DNA of 63,523 nt, filler included, from Octopus bimaculoides (taxonomy: Eukaryota), in NCBI RefSeq assembly GCF_001194135.2. It is 9 parts of 9 records of this genome, joined end to end, with 100 filler letters (N's around TTAATTAATTAA, not from the genome) between each part and the next. Parts side by side here need not be neighbours in the genome. Positions count along the whole stretch, not along the records: positions 61,069 to 63,523 come from NC_068981.1; 8 more parts are not named here. One strand, given 5' to 3'. The notes under the pieces were generated by a model. It saw only the letters and a program-made list of their open reading frames with translations. It was not told the origin of the DNA and did no database searches. Below are positions 63,411 through 63,523 of this stretch, piece after piece (the first letter of the stretch is position 1; each line of letters opens with the position of its first letter). A program made the position numbers and the translations under genes.

Positions 63411-63523
63411 TGCCCCCCCCCCCACACACACACATGCATAGAAAAAAAAATATATATATAGCCCAAGAATTACAGCGTGATGTGCTGCTTGACTGGTCCC
63501 CCCCTCTCTCTCTCTCTTTATAT

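Overview
Eukaryotic, AT-rich, gap-riddled draft-assembly sequence. It is almost certainly from an octopus or other cephalopod, inferred from the dense tRNA-derived SINE families, extreme microsatellite load and TTAATTAATTAA gap spacers. No host protein-coding gene can be called with confidence, and nearly all ORF-track entries are microsatellite or N-run artefacts. The window is a transposon mosaic. It holds a decayed Tc1-type element, a near-complete Chapaev3-type (CMC) DNA transposon with ~170-bp TIRs, and a Penelope-like (PLE) GIY-YIG remnant framed by ~335-bp inverted repeats. It also holds a Ty3/Gypsy RNase H fragment, Tx1/L1-like, R4/Dong-like, RTE and CR1-group LINE fragments, mariner-type MITEs and at least four SINE families, one carrying a V-domain-like core. 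The most interesting signal is a recurring set of decayed minimal type-I hammerhead-ribozyme motifs. Several sit in small elements arranged as inverted (fold-back) dimers, and one is fused downstream of a tRNA-derived Pol III head with an (AAT)n linker. This suggests a family of non-autonomous, ribozyme-bearing, possibly PLE-mobilised retroelements. Coordinates of decayed repeats are approximate (about +/-10-20 nt) because they were aligned by eye.
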